Assembly (NCBI GenBank): GCA_002269645.1
Contig: NIVC01003990.1
Location: forward strand, 2,129 to 66,128
Length of the DNA stretch: 64,000 nucleotides
Reading direction: 5' to 3'
Source of the DNA: Macrostomum lignano
Taxonomy: Eukaryota
Of this stretch, positions 40,340-54,400 are shown piece by piece. Below the pieces are notes generated by a model. It was not told the DNA's origin, searched no databases, and worked only from the letters and a program-made list of their open reading frames with translations. The translations under genes were made by a program, and so were the position numbers. Position 1 is the stretch's first letter. Each line of letters starts with the position of its first letter.

Positions 40340-43300
40340 TCAAAGGAAAAACAACCGATCGCAGATCTGCGGGCTCGGCTCGAATTCGCTTTTATTGTCA
40401 TTTAAATTTTGGCCAACCAAATAAGCCAGCCGGTGGGCGTATTGGCACGGCGCGGGCACCCGGATAGTACCTGGCCAGTTGAAGTAGAGGTGACACAGCT
40501 TGTAGGTCAGCTGCTGCACCTGGTCGGGCCTAATGTTGGCGTCATTGACGTCCTCTATGATGTTATAGTGAGTGGGCGTCACAGTGCCCTGGTTGACGTA
40601 CTGCGACACCAGGAAAAAGTCTACGTAATTTGGCATGGTGATGACGTCATCCAGCACGGTGCCCGGGGCCGGGTTCCTGAGCTGGTTGCCGCCTCTGCGG
40701 AACAGACGGGAGCTGACCAACTTCTTCACTATGATAACCTTGAAGCCGAGGCTGCTGATGCGATCGCCGTAGATTATCGACAGCGACTGCTTCAGCTGGA
40801 CCAGCTCCGAATTCTTCACCTGCAGACGGATCAATAGAATCAAAGCAATGTTTTATTTTTATCTCTCTCTCACAAGTTTCAATAATGCAATGTAGAAAAA
40901 TGTGTTTAGAAACAATTAGTACTATTTTATTAGCACATCAAACTGACCTGCTCAAGCATGGAGTCGCCAACACCGTCGCGGTACAGGATGATGCGGGCGG
41001 GCAACTCGCCGTTTTTCTCCCTGAACTTCTGCAGGGCCATAGTGAAGCCAGCATCCAGCCTGTTGTGAAGCTCAGCTTTGCCTCCCTTCACGATTGGCGA
41101 GTACGAGTAGTACTGGGTGAAGGTTTCATTTAGTGAGAACACCACACCCTGCACGGAGCGACTCTGCCGCTTGTCGTGGTAGCTGTCCATCCCTATGATC
41201 ATTGTGCGCTTTATCGGGATGCTGAGAGCCCAAGCAACACCGCCCAGCTTGCAGGAGATCTGTATAGCCACCTTCGTAGCAACGGACATTACTTTGGCCG
41301 GGTTGCGGATAGTCTTGGTAAGTACGCACTGGCTCGGCACCGGCTTATCCACGTAGCACAGGCGTTTGATGATGTTATATCGATGGGCATTGTTGTTAGG
41401 CAGCAGACAGAACACAAGGTCCAGCTCCTGATTGATGTTATCTTGGATAGTCTTTAGCCAGAACTGGTCTCGGTCCTGCATCACGGGCAGCACGTAGGGC
41501 TCGCCAAATGACATACCGAGAGACTGGGAAACCCGATGGAGCTTCTGGCAGAAGTCGGCGGCCGCCTGCTCGTCTCGCTGAAAATAGACGAATATCCAAT
41601 TCTTGCAGTCGATTGGCTGGAACATGCCGTTGCCCTTAAGGCCATTGTCCCAGTCAGCGCGCTCAGGGTCCACCCTGATTGGCCGCGACATCTGCACAGT
41701 CTCCGGCTGCAGCTGGCGGGCGGTGGCCTCCACAGCGTTAGGCGATACTTCCAGACCGAACTCTCCCAGCACCCGACGGCTCTCGGGATTGCCAGCCATT
41801 GTGCGGGCAAAGGTGAGCATCTTGTCGCACCGAGCTGACGGATTGACCCGAGTATGGGTGGCCAGATCCCTCATCAGGTTGCGGTCAGCTCGCATGTCAT
41901 CAGTGAGGCCGGTCATGTAACAGACCTCCGGCGGCAGTAGCACGTTATCCGCCTGCTCCCGGCGGCCTCCCTTAGTTGGCGGCAGATCTCGCTTGCGCGG
42001 TTTGGACACCAGAAGCGGCTGCTTATCATCTGCCAGATCGATGTCGTAAGTCTGCTTAAAGTACTGCCCGAAAGTAATCTGTTCCTCCTGCCGGGTGGTC
42101 TTGTTAAACCAGCGGAAATGCTCGTTTACGCCCTTGTCCCACTCGATGCTGTCAATCCGATAGGTCTTATTATTGTGCCGAGTCAGCACTATTTGGCCGA
42201 CCAACGCGCTTTCAGCTGCGGCGTGAAACTGATTGCTAGCGACTCGATTATACATGTCATACATAAAGTCTAACACGGTGTTGGTGTGAATAAACTTGTT
42301 CGACGGATCCAGGTAAAGCATCAGCGGCCCGTCAGTGGGTTTCACTGCCATCTCGAATCCCGGCCAAACCTGGGGAACAGATTGGCGATGCTTATTATAG
42401 TTTTTGTTGTATATTTGTTGTAAGGGGGCTGCAGCCTAGTGGTTAGAGCGTTGGACTCACGACTTGCAGGTCGGGGGTTTGAATCTCTGACTCACTCGGA
42501 ACAATTTGTGTCCGTAAGCAAGACAATTAACTCTTCAGTTTAACCAGCTGTGAAATGGGCACAGCATTAGCTGGGATATTTGAGGCTGTGTGGCGACCCT
42601 CCCCCCCCCTCAGTCCTTGGACTGAACAGCCGTACGCAGCCTTCAGATGCGCCGCGCAATAGCTGCGGCTGAGCTGTTGGTTGCACAACTGTATATTAGA
42701 GCAGCTGCAATCAATTATTATTGGGTATTTCTACCAAAACGAGACACTGTCTCGTTTTCTCGTTTTCCAAATTGTATGTTGGACACTCAAGGGTTTCGCA
42801 GTATACTTTTAACTCGTGCGATCCTAGTTTGGCTTGCACAATAATAAACTTAAGTCAGAGTATTAAGATGATTTAAATACAAAAAAGAATTTTTATTTGG
42901 TTAATTTAAAATTTAAAATCAATTTAAACTTAGAGAAACTTTGATTAAATTGTCATCTTACCTCCATACCGTAGTTAGGAAGCCTGGTGGCCTGGTCCGG
43001 ATAATAAAAGTTTCGACCAACCATCTGCATATTGAGGTACCGCTGAGCCTTGCCAAGCACAACATTCATCAGATGCAGCCATTGCGGCGTGTTCCTATTA
43101 ACTTCGCCCACCTGCCGGATGGCCACTTCGCCAGTCCAAGACTTGATGCTGGCCTCGAACTTCACTCCCTCAGGCGGATTCAGTGGCTGCCTCGTGTACA
43201 GAATGCCGCCATCGTAGACGAACGGCTTTGGCACCTGACTGGCGTCAGTCAGCAGCTTCTCGCGAAGCGGTTTGGCACCCAGCATCGGGCGAAAATCCAC

Positions 43301-43759
43301 AGCCATCTGGTAGGTGCGCCAGTTGTCTTTAACGTTGAGAGCAACGTAATTGGTCACAACCTGAACAGGGGCGCCACTGGTGCCTCTCTTGTTGCTGCCC
43401 GGAACGCCCTCAGGTCGAACATTCGCTAGCTGGTAGCGCAGTAGCTTCCGCTGCAGGCCGCCCCGTTCGCCGCCAACCTGCAGGCCGGCCATGCGCTCTG
43501 CCAGCTGTTCTGAGTCTCCACCAGTGGCACCAGCACCCTGGCGATACCCGAAGCCAGAAGCTCCGGGCGGCCCCGCTAAACCAGGAGGCGGAGCTGGAGA
43601 CGAAGCAGCAGCAGCAGCAGGCGATGTTGAAGCTGCGGCTGCTGAGCCGGAGTCAAAAGATGCAGCAGAGGCAGCACTGGCGGAAGCCTCAGCTGGCCGT
43701 GGTCCGGCGCGACCACGAGAACGACCTCGGCCTTTGGTAGCATGCTGCTGCTGAGACAT
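40340..43759 (-). CDS. piwi: PIWI-clade Argonaute; exons 43759-42962, 42369-40948, 40819-40340 (899 aa)
   Basis: N-terminal RG motif (KGRGRSRGR), PAZ (VLTRHNNKTYRIDSIEWD...YFKQTY, LLPPEVCYMTG), MID (CYVDKPVPSQCV...KVAIQISCKLGG) and PIWI catalytic residues (IGMD, YRDG, YAH). The C-terminus is DRLFFL. All splice phases are 0 and canonical. Confidence 0.97.
42423..42722 (+). mobile_element. tRNA-derived SINE in piwi intron 1
   Basis: A-box TAGTGGTTAGAGCG, B-box GGTTTGAATC, body shared with 14101-14350, and an (ATT)n tail. Confidence 0.88.
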
Positions 43760-46720
43760 CTCTGGTTCTGGATTTAAGAGCTTAGAGCTGTCAATGTTTA
43801 AAATAAAATCAAATGCACAAGCACATCACATTGCCTCACAAATGTGTTTTTTTTTCCAATAGCCTTAAATAATAAAGCTTTCAAATCATATAATAATGAG
43901 CATTACATGTAAAGTCTTACATGTATTAGGTGTACAAAATAAGACTTTCATACTTGTAGTGGAATATGAATGCATCAAAATCCTACTTCCATAACCCATA
44001 TTATCGCTATTGATCAATGACTCAGATTCCCTAAATCATAAATTATTGTTTAAAAGCACAAAATAACATGTCATAATGATAGTATATTATGTAAGTATAT
44101 GATTTGGATAGAATCAAAACGACTTATATTATATAATCTATATACTAAATTAGAGTTCTGCTGTAACCAAATTTTTCCCATATGCATATCTCCAATTTTC
44201 CGTAGCCTATCTGTATCTGTAGCTAGTAAACTTTCTGTAACCATTGTACAACACTGAGACCTAGAGCCTGATGGACGCCTTGGAGAGGACGCTGTGCACG
44301 CGGCCATTCAGAGGGCACAGCAGTCCAGACAGCGAGACCAATGTTGCGCTTTAGAGAAGGGTGCACCTGGTATGGCCTTCTGACCTGCTGCGCAGACAAT
44401 GACTTTGACTAATTGACCACATCATCTAGTTGAAGGCCCTCTGCCCTGAGCTGCTACACAAAGTGCTACTGCTCAATCTGCAGGGACCAAGCAAGCAAGG
44501 CCAAGGGCAAATGGTGAGATACCCTGCTAAGAGACTGGCTTGTGACTGATGCTGTTGCCTTGGACCAAACTAGGATTGTGACTTTTTGAGGCAATGCTGG
44601 GCAGCTTCCCTATTGTCTTTATTATTTTAACTTAAGCCCCCACCATTCCAAACACAATGTATATGTGGTGTCAAAAATGTTGCTCAAGTCCCTGACCCCA
44701 CCCAAGGGACTTAGAGGTCCCTTTAGATTGAAAGTTAAAATATATCTTAACTTTAACCCCCTCCCACCCATATTTCAACCCCAATACACATGTAATTTCA
44801 AACATTTCTATCTTTGTTGCTTGAGTCCCTGATTCTAGGGACTTAAGAGCATTCCTCACATTGAAAGTGAAAACATTCATCTTAAATTTAGCCCTTCCAC
44901 CCAACCATAATATAGACATGGCATTGGCAATCTGTGTTGATTCTTAAGTCCCAAATTCTAACAATTTAGGAGTTTTCCTCACTTGAAAACTGGCAATATA
45001 CTTATTAAAGTTTATAAATAAAAATCATCAATATTATTATTGCTAAGTCACACATATATACAACCTAAATTTTACCTAGCCAATATAACATAGCTTTGTT
45101 TTAAAGGCAACATAAGTTTTTTTACTATAACAAAAAAATTTTCTCACTATCTTAATTTTTTCTTTTTTTATTTATTTTATAGTTTTGTCTAATATATAGT
45201 TTTGGTTTTAGAGTTTTGTCCTATTTTACAATTAGAATTTTTTGGTGCTTGGGCTTGGCTAATTAGTTACATGGCATATCTATCTTGGCTGCCCTATTAC
45301 TAGGCCTAAGCCAGCTAGGTGATATCTATGTATACATAGCTATTAATAAGCTTATATATTTCTGATCAAATGATAATGACTCATTATTATATAGAAAGCA
45401 ATATATAAAGAAATGTTGATTTAAAATAAAAACAGTTTAGCAAGGTTTAAAGCAAGCTAGTTTAGATTGTTTAAACCATTTGTATTTAAAAATAGTAATA
45501 CTAAGTGCATTGAATAAAATACAACATCTCAAAATGACTAGTTGACAAAATCTTTAATAGGTTCCATTAGGCTATAAAAGCCCAAGAGTATACAAAAATC
45601 ATTCTTAAAGTGCTTTTCCATTTTTGGCTTAGATAATAACATGTAGTATGTCTATAATTTAATATTTACTAAATTATCAAATATAAATAAAATGGACTAA
45701 GTCTCATTAATATTATTAATTTGATAAACTAAAACATTATCTATAGTCAAGATATTGTCTATTATGTACTACAACATTTTTGGGCAAAAAATAAGGCATA
45801 TATTCCATATGCCAAGAAGGCAACTCAGACTAGCTAGCCATGTTATCTGGTTGGAAAGTTGCTATTATAACAAATTATTACATGATTTGCTATAATAGAT
45901 AAGAGTTTATAGAAATATGGCCAATGGCAAACAATGTACTATCCTAAGCTGTATATAATGGATATAAGAACTATTATTTGACTTTGGATAGGACTAGAAG
46001 GCTAAATGATATCTAAGATTTTCTATTAGGGGAAGGATCAATCCCAAATAAATCAATTAGCCATTAGGGAGATAGTATTAATAATACTAGTAAAAATATA
46101 ATCAACAAGGCCTTAGCCTAGGCAGACAATTGGGAGAAGGGCAAAGCTTCCTTGGCATGCATCCCTTTCTTTTATAGTGTATGTCATTAGCGAAAACTAT
46201 ATTTTTAAGATATATAGCCTAAAGGAATATGTTTTGATATCTTTCCACTGAATCGCTATATATGGCTAGCAAAATACTTAAGGTATATTTTTGTTGTTGC
46301 CTAGAAAACTATTAATAATATATATATCTTATATAAAAATTAGGGCTTACCCTTAAAAACAAAAAAGCATATTAAATTTTATAACAATGACTGTTTACTA
46401 CTAGTACTAAAACATAATAAAATTGAATTCTATTAATTCAAAATTTAAGCACTAATATACAGTTTTGTTTGCAAAGTTATTTCTTATTTGATTTTGAATA
46501 TATACCAATGTTAGGTGTAGTAAATAATATTAATAATGTTAATGAATATAGCATAAAATGTTCTAAATCTAATTACAAGTTTTCTATAGTTGAGAGTAGG
46601 CCTAGTATGGCATTCCTTTGGTTTACGATCATTGAAATTAGTGACGATCCCCATTGGAAAGATAGGGAAGATACAAAATTGTTGTTTATTTCATCAAAAT
46701 GCAAAAAAACAGTAGACAAG

Positions 46721-48690
46721 CACTCCAATCCTTTTTATTTATCCATCATAATACTAGCTACATGTTCAAATGAAAAAAGAAGGTAAAGGGGTTATAGTGA
46801 TCTATTTTACAGTTCCAAGAATCCAAAGATGATCCTATATATCTACTTCGGTTTACGATCATTTGAATGAAAGCAATACATATAAATAATCATGAACCAA
46901 AGCTAATGTGTATGTAAGGGCGTTAGTGCATAAATTCAATTTCCAAAAATGAATCCAAGAAGATGATCCTATATATCCACTTCATCCGCAAGAGATACAT
47001 GTAAATGATAGTGAACCGAAGCTAGCGTATGTGTGTAATAGGGTTTTGGTATTTTAAAAGCTCTATCTAAAATTGATCACTATCTCAATACATGGCTAGC
47101 TTTGGTTCACAATCATTTACATGTATTGCTTACATCTAAATGATTGTAAACCAAAGCTGAGGGGGGTGGCAGCATGTAGAGAATAATAAAGCATCAAGTT
47201 ACTTGGGAGCGCACATTAACTCAAGATGACATTTCAATTGCCAACAAGTCCCAGTTGAAGAAATAAATATATGTGACTACATATGTCTTCAACACCCCCC
47301 TCAGCTTTGGTACACAATCATTTAAATGGAAGAAATACATGTATATGATTGTGAACCAAAGCTAGCCATGTACAGAGATAGTGATCGATTTCAGATAGAG
47401 CTTTTAAAACACCAAAACCCTGTTATACATTTATGCTAGCTTCAGTTCACAATCATTTACATGTATCTCTTCTATCTAAATGATCCTAAACCAAAGTGTA
47501 TATATAGGATCATCTTCTTGGACTCATTTTTGGAAATTGAATTTATCATTCATGCACTAATGCCCTTACACACATTAGCTTTGGTTCACGATCATCTACA
47601 TGTATTACTTCCGTTTAAATGATCATAAACTGAAGTGGATATATAGGATCCTTGTTATTGCCATGCCATGAAAGAAACCATTTGTTGGCTATTCTGTTCA
47701 GTTTTTTCTAATGTAACGAATAAGTTCAGTTTAACAATTTTTGTTTATTTCAAGAAAGCTATGATCATTTATATTAAAAATTACATAGGGATCATGAACC
47801 AAAATGTGGGTGGAAAAATAATCGTAAACTAAAGGAATGCTGCCTAATATACCTAAAAAGGAAAGAGTTATAGAAAGCATTTCTAGGCCTACCAATTATA
47901 TAAAGGCCCTAGTCATTTCATCAACTGGCATTTTGTCAACTTAGTTTTTTGCATTGGTTATTTTGTCAATTAGCCAATAAAGCCATTTTAAACCTCAGTC
48001 ATTTTATCAAATGGCTTGGCATATGGGGAGTTTCCCAACCTGTCCTTGGTTACTTTGTCAATTGCCAATAAATTATAATATATCTCATATAGTTGCAAAA
48101 ACTGAAACAAAACCCTCATATAATGACTAAAGTGATTAGCCAATGATATTTACATCCTTTTGCAACATCTAATGAGTTTGATTGATATATCTTTTACCAT
48201 TAACAAAAAATGCACTAATGTGTTTAAAACATGCATGTAGCATATGAGTATGACAAGGTAGATATCCTATTATTATATTTTTGTGTATTTAATTTTTGGA
48301 TGCAGAAATTAAAAGATTTGATCATTGGACCAATAATATAAATTACTTGAAATAGTTTTTCTATTTGCAAAATTATTAAAATATCAATATCAATGTATTT
48401 CTTCCATTTAAATGATCGTGTACCGAAGCTAGCCATGTATTGAGATAGTGATAAATTTTAGATAGAGCTTGTAAAACACCAAAACCCCCTTACACACATA
48501 CGCTAGCTTCGGTTCACGATCATTTACATGTATCTCTTCCATTTAAATGATCGTAAACTGAAGTGGATATATAGGATCATCTTTGGATTCTTGGAACTGT
48601 GAAATGGATCACTATAACCCCTTTACCTTCTTTTTTTTCATTTGAACATGCAGCTAGTGTTATGATGGATAAATAAAAAGGATTGGAGTG
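46721..48690. mobile_element. Non-autonomous foldback DNA element of about 2 kb with long TIRs starting CACTCC and internal subrepeats
   Basis: 46721-46870 (CACTCCAATCCTTTTTATTTATCCATCATAA...GGGGTTATAGTGATC...CCAAGAATCCAAAGATGATCCTATATATC) is the reverse complement of 48540-48690. ATGATCGTAAACCGAAGCTAG-type units recur inside. No clear TSD. Confidence 0.8.
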
Positions 48691-51314
48691 CGGCTAGGCC
48701 TACTAAAATAGAGTATAGGCTGAAGCATATGGCTAGCAATGCAAGAGATAGGGTACGTACGTAAGCAATTCAATTAATGAGGAAGTATTGTATCGTCTTA
48801 TTCATTAATACAGGTGTATGTGGTAGTTGGGTACCACCGATTGATTATTGGCTCATATGGTTACTTAATAACATTACAGTTTCTGGTCAATAAAATTATG
48901 CGTACCCTATTCTGGTCCCCGTTAGTCCACTCCCTGGCGCAAGTCATGACGTATTTTTGCCCCCTTTCTGTTCCCCCTTGCCCCATTTTCTGGCGTTATT
49001 TGACCAAATTGTGTTTTCCTTTTGTTTTACTATGTATTTCTGCGGTAATTTTGTTGATTCCCCTTTCTGGCCTTTTGAGTTTTCGCCCTTCCCCAGTTTC
49101 TGGGCCTCGCCAGCCTTTTTGTGACCTGTTTCCTGGGTATTTATTCCCGCCCCTTGCGCCTGTCCTCCCTTCATGCTCTTGCTCCCTCCCCCTTTTCTCC
49201 TACTCTGACGTCCCTTAACTTAATAACGTTTAGTTAACGTAGTCTATTACTTGCAGGAAAGAAAACCTAACTTAGTTTTATTTAAGTAAGCCCGCACTGC
49301 GGCACCCCTGATTCATCTTTCGTCGGTGGTCTCTTATTTTACGCGCGTGAGGCCTAGTTTAATATTTTAGTTTTTCTTTTATACTAACTCGATAATCAAT
49401 AAACTCGCAATAATCTACTGCAATCCGTTTCTTCGATTAAAGCCATATATAGTTAACTTAAGTCATTTGCCCGTGGGGCGTAAAATAACCCAGTCTCACC
49501 TCGAAGCAAGCTCCGAGACTTTTCAACGTTCCGTAATACGCAAATTACGGTGGTGGCAGCGCTACTCTACTGTTAGTAACACGATAAGAATACGAGACAC
49601 ATTCAATTTACGGTGTCTGAGGACCCGCCATCTGAACGCTCGCGCCAAACGAAGGCCGCTCGCCTACGACCAAAACTACCCTCCCCCGGGATTGAGGACC
49701 CCGGCAGACGGAGTATCTACGAGTTGTTTTCATCGGGATCCGTTTACGCAAACTTTCCGGATTTAATTCGTACGAAATAACGACGGCGCCCAATCGAAGG
49801 CCCGAGCCGCTCAAATTCGACATTAGATCAAGTGAACACCGGACAATCCCGACCACCCCCAAGTCTAAATCGCCCCCACCTCATGTACATAATATGTATA
49901 TTCTAAGAAGTATGGCGGAGAGAAGGCACTTAAACTAAGTAATACAAAAAAGTATTGCATTTTTATAGTTAAACCCCTCATTGCGTTAAAGTTCATTTAA
50001 AATAGTGACAATTATCAATAAACTAAGCATGGTTTTACATAAACGGTTATTTAACGGTGATAATAAAATTTAAAATCCCTCGTGGCAGAATTTAAAATCT
50101 ATATAATAATATATTTAATTATTAATTTAATATATTGAAACTTGAAAACCTACGGATTTAAGTGACACCATACTTGTCTTTTAATTCCTTACTTAAATAC
50201 TTTTTGCTTTGTTTGCCGTTAAAGATTTTTGAAGTTTCGTAGAAGAAAAAGAAAATTGGCGCCCTTTCAAATACTATATTATTGTAAAACTCGCCGCACA
50301 GATCCCATTCTATCGAAATAATATTAATATTAAATACACTGACATATACTGGCCAAACAGGCTTCTTGCCTGAGCCAAACTTACTACTACTACTACTAAA
50401 TTAATTGTATCTAGCAATTAATATTGTTGCTAGAGGATCAGCAAAATGTTACATCCTACTAAGACGCCTATCTCTATAAAAAATCTGCAGGCCTGACCTT
50501 TCAGATTATTTCCCATGCATATTTAGAAACAAAAAAATCCTAACAACACTTCTAAAACTGAAATGTGAGATCATTACACCCAACATATTTTCTCAAGAAG
50601 CATGTAGACTGTGTGGAGCAAGAAATGGTTCCGACATCCTACACTACTTGACCAAATTTTCACAAACTCAAGACATCAGTCATCAGGAAAAATATTTCTG
50701 TCAATAGACTCAATACCTCTTAGAAGACAACCAGATACACAAAATAGTATTTGCTACAAATGAAGAGTCAGAAAATAGCTTATTGGTGTAGGCCCCTAGC
50801 TAAAATGTAAAGTAAATATTTTATAGTAAATACTAGTAAATATTTTATAGTTTATAACTAACTAAATTATCCTATTTATAATTTATATTCCTAGTTTCCA
50901 TATTTTCCATATACTTTATATCTTCTTTATACTCTCTTTATACCTTCTATATCCTGCCTAACCCTTAAACCCTCCCTAAATACTCTACACCAAGGGTCTC
51001 CAACCTTTAGAATAGCTAAAATAGCAATCCAAATGATTTAGGAATTGCAATTGCATACATTTTTTTATTTAAGGGGCTGCATATCATTTTAAGAGCCATA
51101 AATTGGCATAATGAAATCTAGTTTTGGCAGTCCATACCATATTGCAGAAAGAGGAGTTTTGTGGTGTACACTGGCGTACATTTCTTGGCTGTGTACAGTG
51201 TGGTGTACATGACTGGCGTACAAATTAATATAAATAATTTTTTTTGTGCATTTTTCTGTGTTAAATTATTTCAAAAACCTTTTTTTGCTACTATTGTCTT
51301 ATTAACCATACATG

Positions 51315-51468
51315 CGCAACCTTTGGAATCACTCGGCCATTTCTATTGGCAACACACACATTTAAGTCACTATTGGCTGAGAGCAGTCACGTGACTACTA
51401 TTCCGTCCAATAATGACTTACATGTGTGTGTTGCCAATAGAAACGGCCGGGTGAATCCCTAGGTTGCA
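51315..51468. repeat. Palindromic/hairpin mini-element centred on GTCACGTGAC
   Basis: GCAACCT...CACTCGGCC.TTTCTATTGGCAACACACACAT.TAAGTCA mirrors TGACTTA.ATGTGTGTGTTGCCAATAGAAA.GGCCGGGTG...AGGTTGC. Confidence 0.8.
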
Positions 51469-54400
51469 CCCAAGCATGTTATTAACTAATCATATTAATT
51501 ACCAGAATCGTCATGATAATAGTCATGTTGTTATCAATTTATAATAACATATATATAATGCAAACTATTAGAAGTTGCCACAGGCTGCAGGTTGGGGAAC
51601 CCTGCTTTATATGGTATCTATGCTTTTTAGAGGTGTCAAAATTAGAGATTTTATTCGAGACGAGATTTGAGACAAGAAAGGCTTATAAGTTGAGAAATTT
51701 GAGACGAGACAAGACAAAGTAAATCTAAAAATATATATTTCAAAATTGTATCTTGTCTTGCTCTTGTCTTGTCTTATCTTGTCTTCAATTTCTTGACAAG
51801 ATACAATTCTAAAATCCATTTTTTAGATTTTTCAGAATACTTTCTTAATTCTAGTTTTAATTCTTTGCTATTTATTCATACGCATTTATGCTTGTAGGTA
51901 GCATATAGGCCCTACTATTACTAATTATAATTAGACCTGCTAGGCCTATATATGATATTTATTTGGCCTATATATACATATTATATAATATTACATTAAG
52001 TTTATGTTAGTCTATAGATTATATAGTTTATTAACTAAGCCAAGGAAATTGCAACAAAGTAAAATATACAATATATAAAATTATTGGCTTAATATTACAA
52101 GGTAAACTAAAACTATTAATTTAAAAAATAGTTTTGTTTTATTTCAATTTAATTTTTTCTTTACATAGACTCAATTTTCTTGATTCAATTTACTTTTATA
52201 TTGCTTGCTGCATCAGTGGCATCAAAATTTTAAACTCATGCCCCAAATGCACTTGTAGTAAAATCTTATAGATTATAGTCTGATAGTTATGCCCCAAAAG
52301 ATTTCAGCTTATTAAATAATACTCACTTCATTTCCCATGCAGTTTTATAAAATAAAACATTATCATATGATTCACAAAAAATAAATAATAAAATATACTT
52401 GTCACATTTTATAATTCTAATAAAAAACTATATAGTATTGTTTATAGATTTCAACTTTACCTTACTAAGTCTTAATAGCACTAGCATGCTTGCTGAGTAT
52501 AGCTAGCTTGTATTGTATATACAAGATATAACAAATGCAAGCAATTAAATTGACAATATTTTTCTAAATTTAAAAAAATGCCAGTTTAACAAAATGAATA
52601 CTGCTTTTATTAGGAATATTGAACATTTTGTAAAGTATTTATTATATTTGTTACAGGACTTCCTTTTTTATTATTATTTTGGCATCTTAAACTGAGGCAC
52701 CAAAAAGCAATCTGGGGCACCAAAATGTAGGGCACTGAAAAGCACAGGCACCAAAATGTATGGAAAACCTCTAACATTCCTAACCTCTATACTCTCAGTT
52801 TACCCTCCATATCCTCAGTTTACCCTTGACTCTCCTTATATGCTCTATACCTTCCCTATATTCTATACCCTCCCTATATCCTCCTTATCATCTAAAACCC
52901 CTATGCCCTCTATACTTTCCATTAATCATCTTTTCCTTTTCTTTGGCCCCTTACCTTTTCCTCTCCCTAGCCCACACCTTATCCTCCCTTTTAGCCCCCA
53001 TCATCTTCTTTCCTTAGCCCCTCCCTTTTCTCTTCCTAGCCCCCATCCTTTTTTCCCTTCTAGCCTTATCTTCTCCCTCTCTCTCTTTACCCATCACTGT
53101 CTTTCTATTGCCTTCCCTTTCCCCTATATCAATGCCTATTAGGTCACTGATAGTTCTGCATATTTAACTACCTTTGAGATTACCTAAATTTCCTAAACTC
53201 TGGAAAGCAAAGTGCAAAATGTACAAATTAGATAACTTAAGAAATTTCTATTCTATTGTAAGTCTACATAGGGCAGCATTCTTTATATCTTTGTCACATC
53301 CCAGTTTTGCATCCTACTACCACTTTCAATAGCTCTATTGCTTATTGCCTCTGACAGTTCAGAGGAGGGTAAATGCCTCAAGGTAAAATAGATAGTAAGG
53401 GCAAAAGGTATATATAGAAGAGAAAATATAAAGAGTCAAGTTTGTAGAGGAGGCTATAGGAAGGTATATAAAAGGATAGGGAAGGACATACAAATAGTAG
53501 GAAAAAAGCCAGTATTATCATAGCTAATAATAGGGAAGGTAGGCACTAGGGAGGGAAATATACAAGTAATGTAACAATGTCCATTGGGCAAAATACAAAA
53601 CTTTTAAATTAAAACAGGCTATTTTTTTATAAGTAGCCTAAAGCTTGTTTTTTAACTTGCATAGCTACATGTATATTGATCATTATAGCCTTATTTATTC
53701 TATGAAAATAACTGTTGCCTATATATAAATGGGCTTTATTCTCAAACAAAAATGCAAGCAATATGTTTGTAAGTAACTAAAAATATAAAATATAGTTGGA
53801 TTTACTTACCAAATTATTTTTCAACCAAAAGAAAACGCTACAAGTAATATATAGTGCAATTTAGGCTAGCATACAATTGTAATCACAGAAAGAAGGTAAG
53901 CACAAGACTTTTAAAGCATTTTTATATGAAGCAAAATTCATTGCTATATATAAAGATATAGCAAAATCTACAATTGAATCATATCAACATAATTTTAAGA
54001 GCAGTTCAGGTCTCAAGAATAATTGTTCTTCTTCAATTCCATTTATTTTACTTGAAAAAATGTAGAGATGACCTTAATATTTATATAAGATGCAGGAAGT
54101 GACCTATGTGCTAAAATAGATTGGGGCTTGATTGGTGAGGCTTCTAGGCCATGAATGCATTAAACAAAAGAGTAGCAGTATATAGACAAGCTTTATAGCA
54201 AATATAGTAAAGAGTAATACAATATATAAAAACTTTGATTTGAACTTGCTACATAGATTCAAACATATTAGGCACTAGCATTCAATTTTATATGCATATA
54301 CTGTTTATTCAATTAAGTTGTCCACAAAGAACTATACATTGAATCATTTGAACTATTCTTAAATTGTCTGAACTTAAATTTTGTCACATAACTGGTTTGT

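Noticed and set aside
42423-42500. Possible tRNA gene; also isolated B-boxes at about 13637 and 24872
   Set aside because: The tRNA-like head continues into a SINE body and lacks a proper acceptor stem. The isolated B-boxes have no cloverleaf.
52756-53142. Pro/Leu/Ser-rich ORFs here and at 61962-62606
   Set aside because: Artefacts of polypyrimidine low-complexity tracts.
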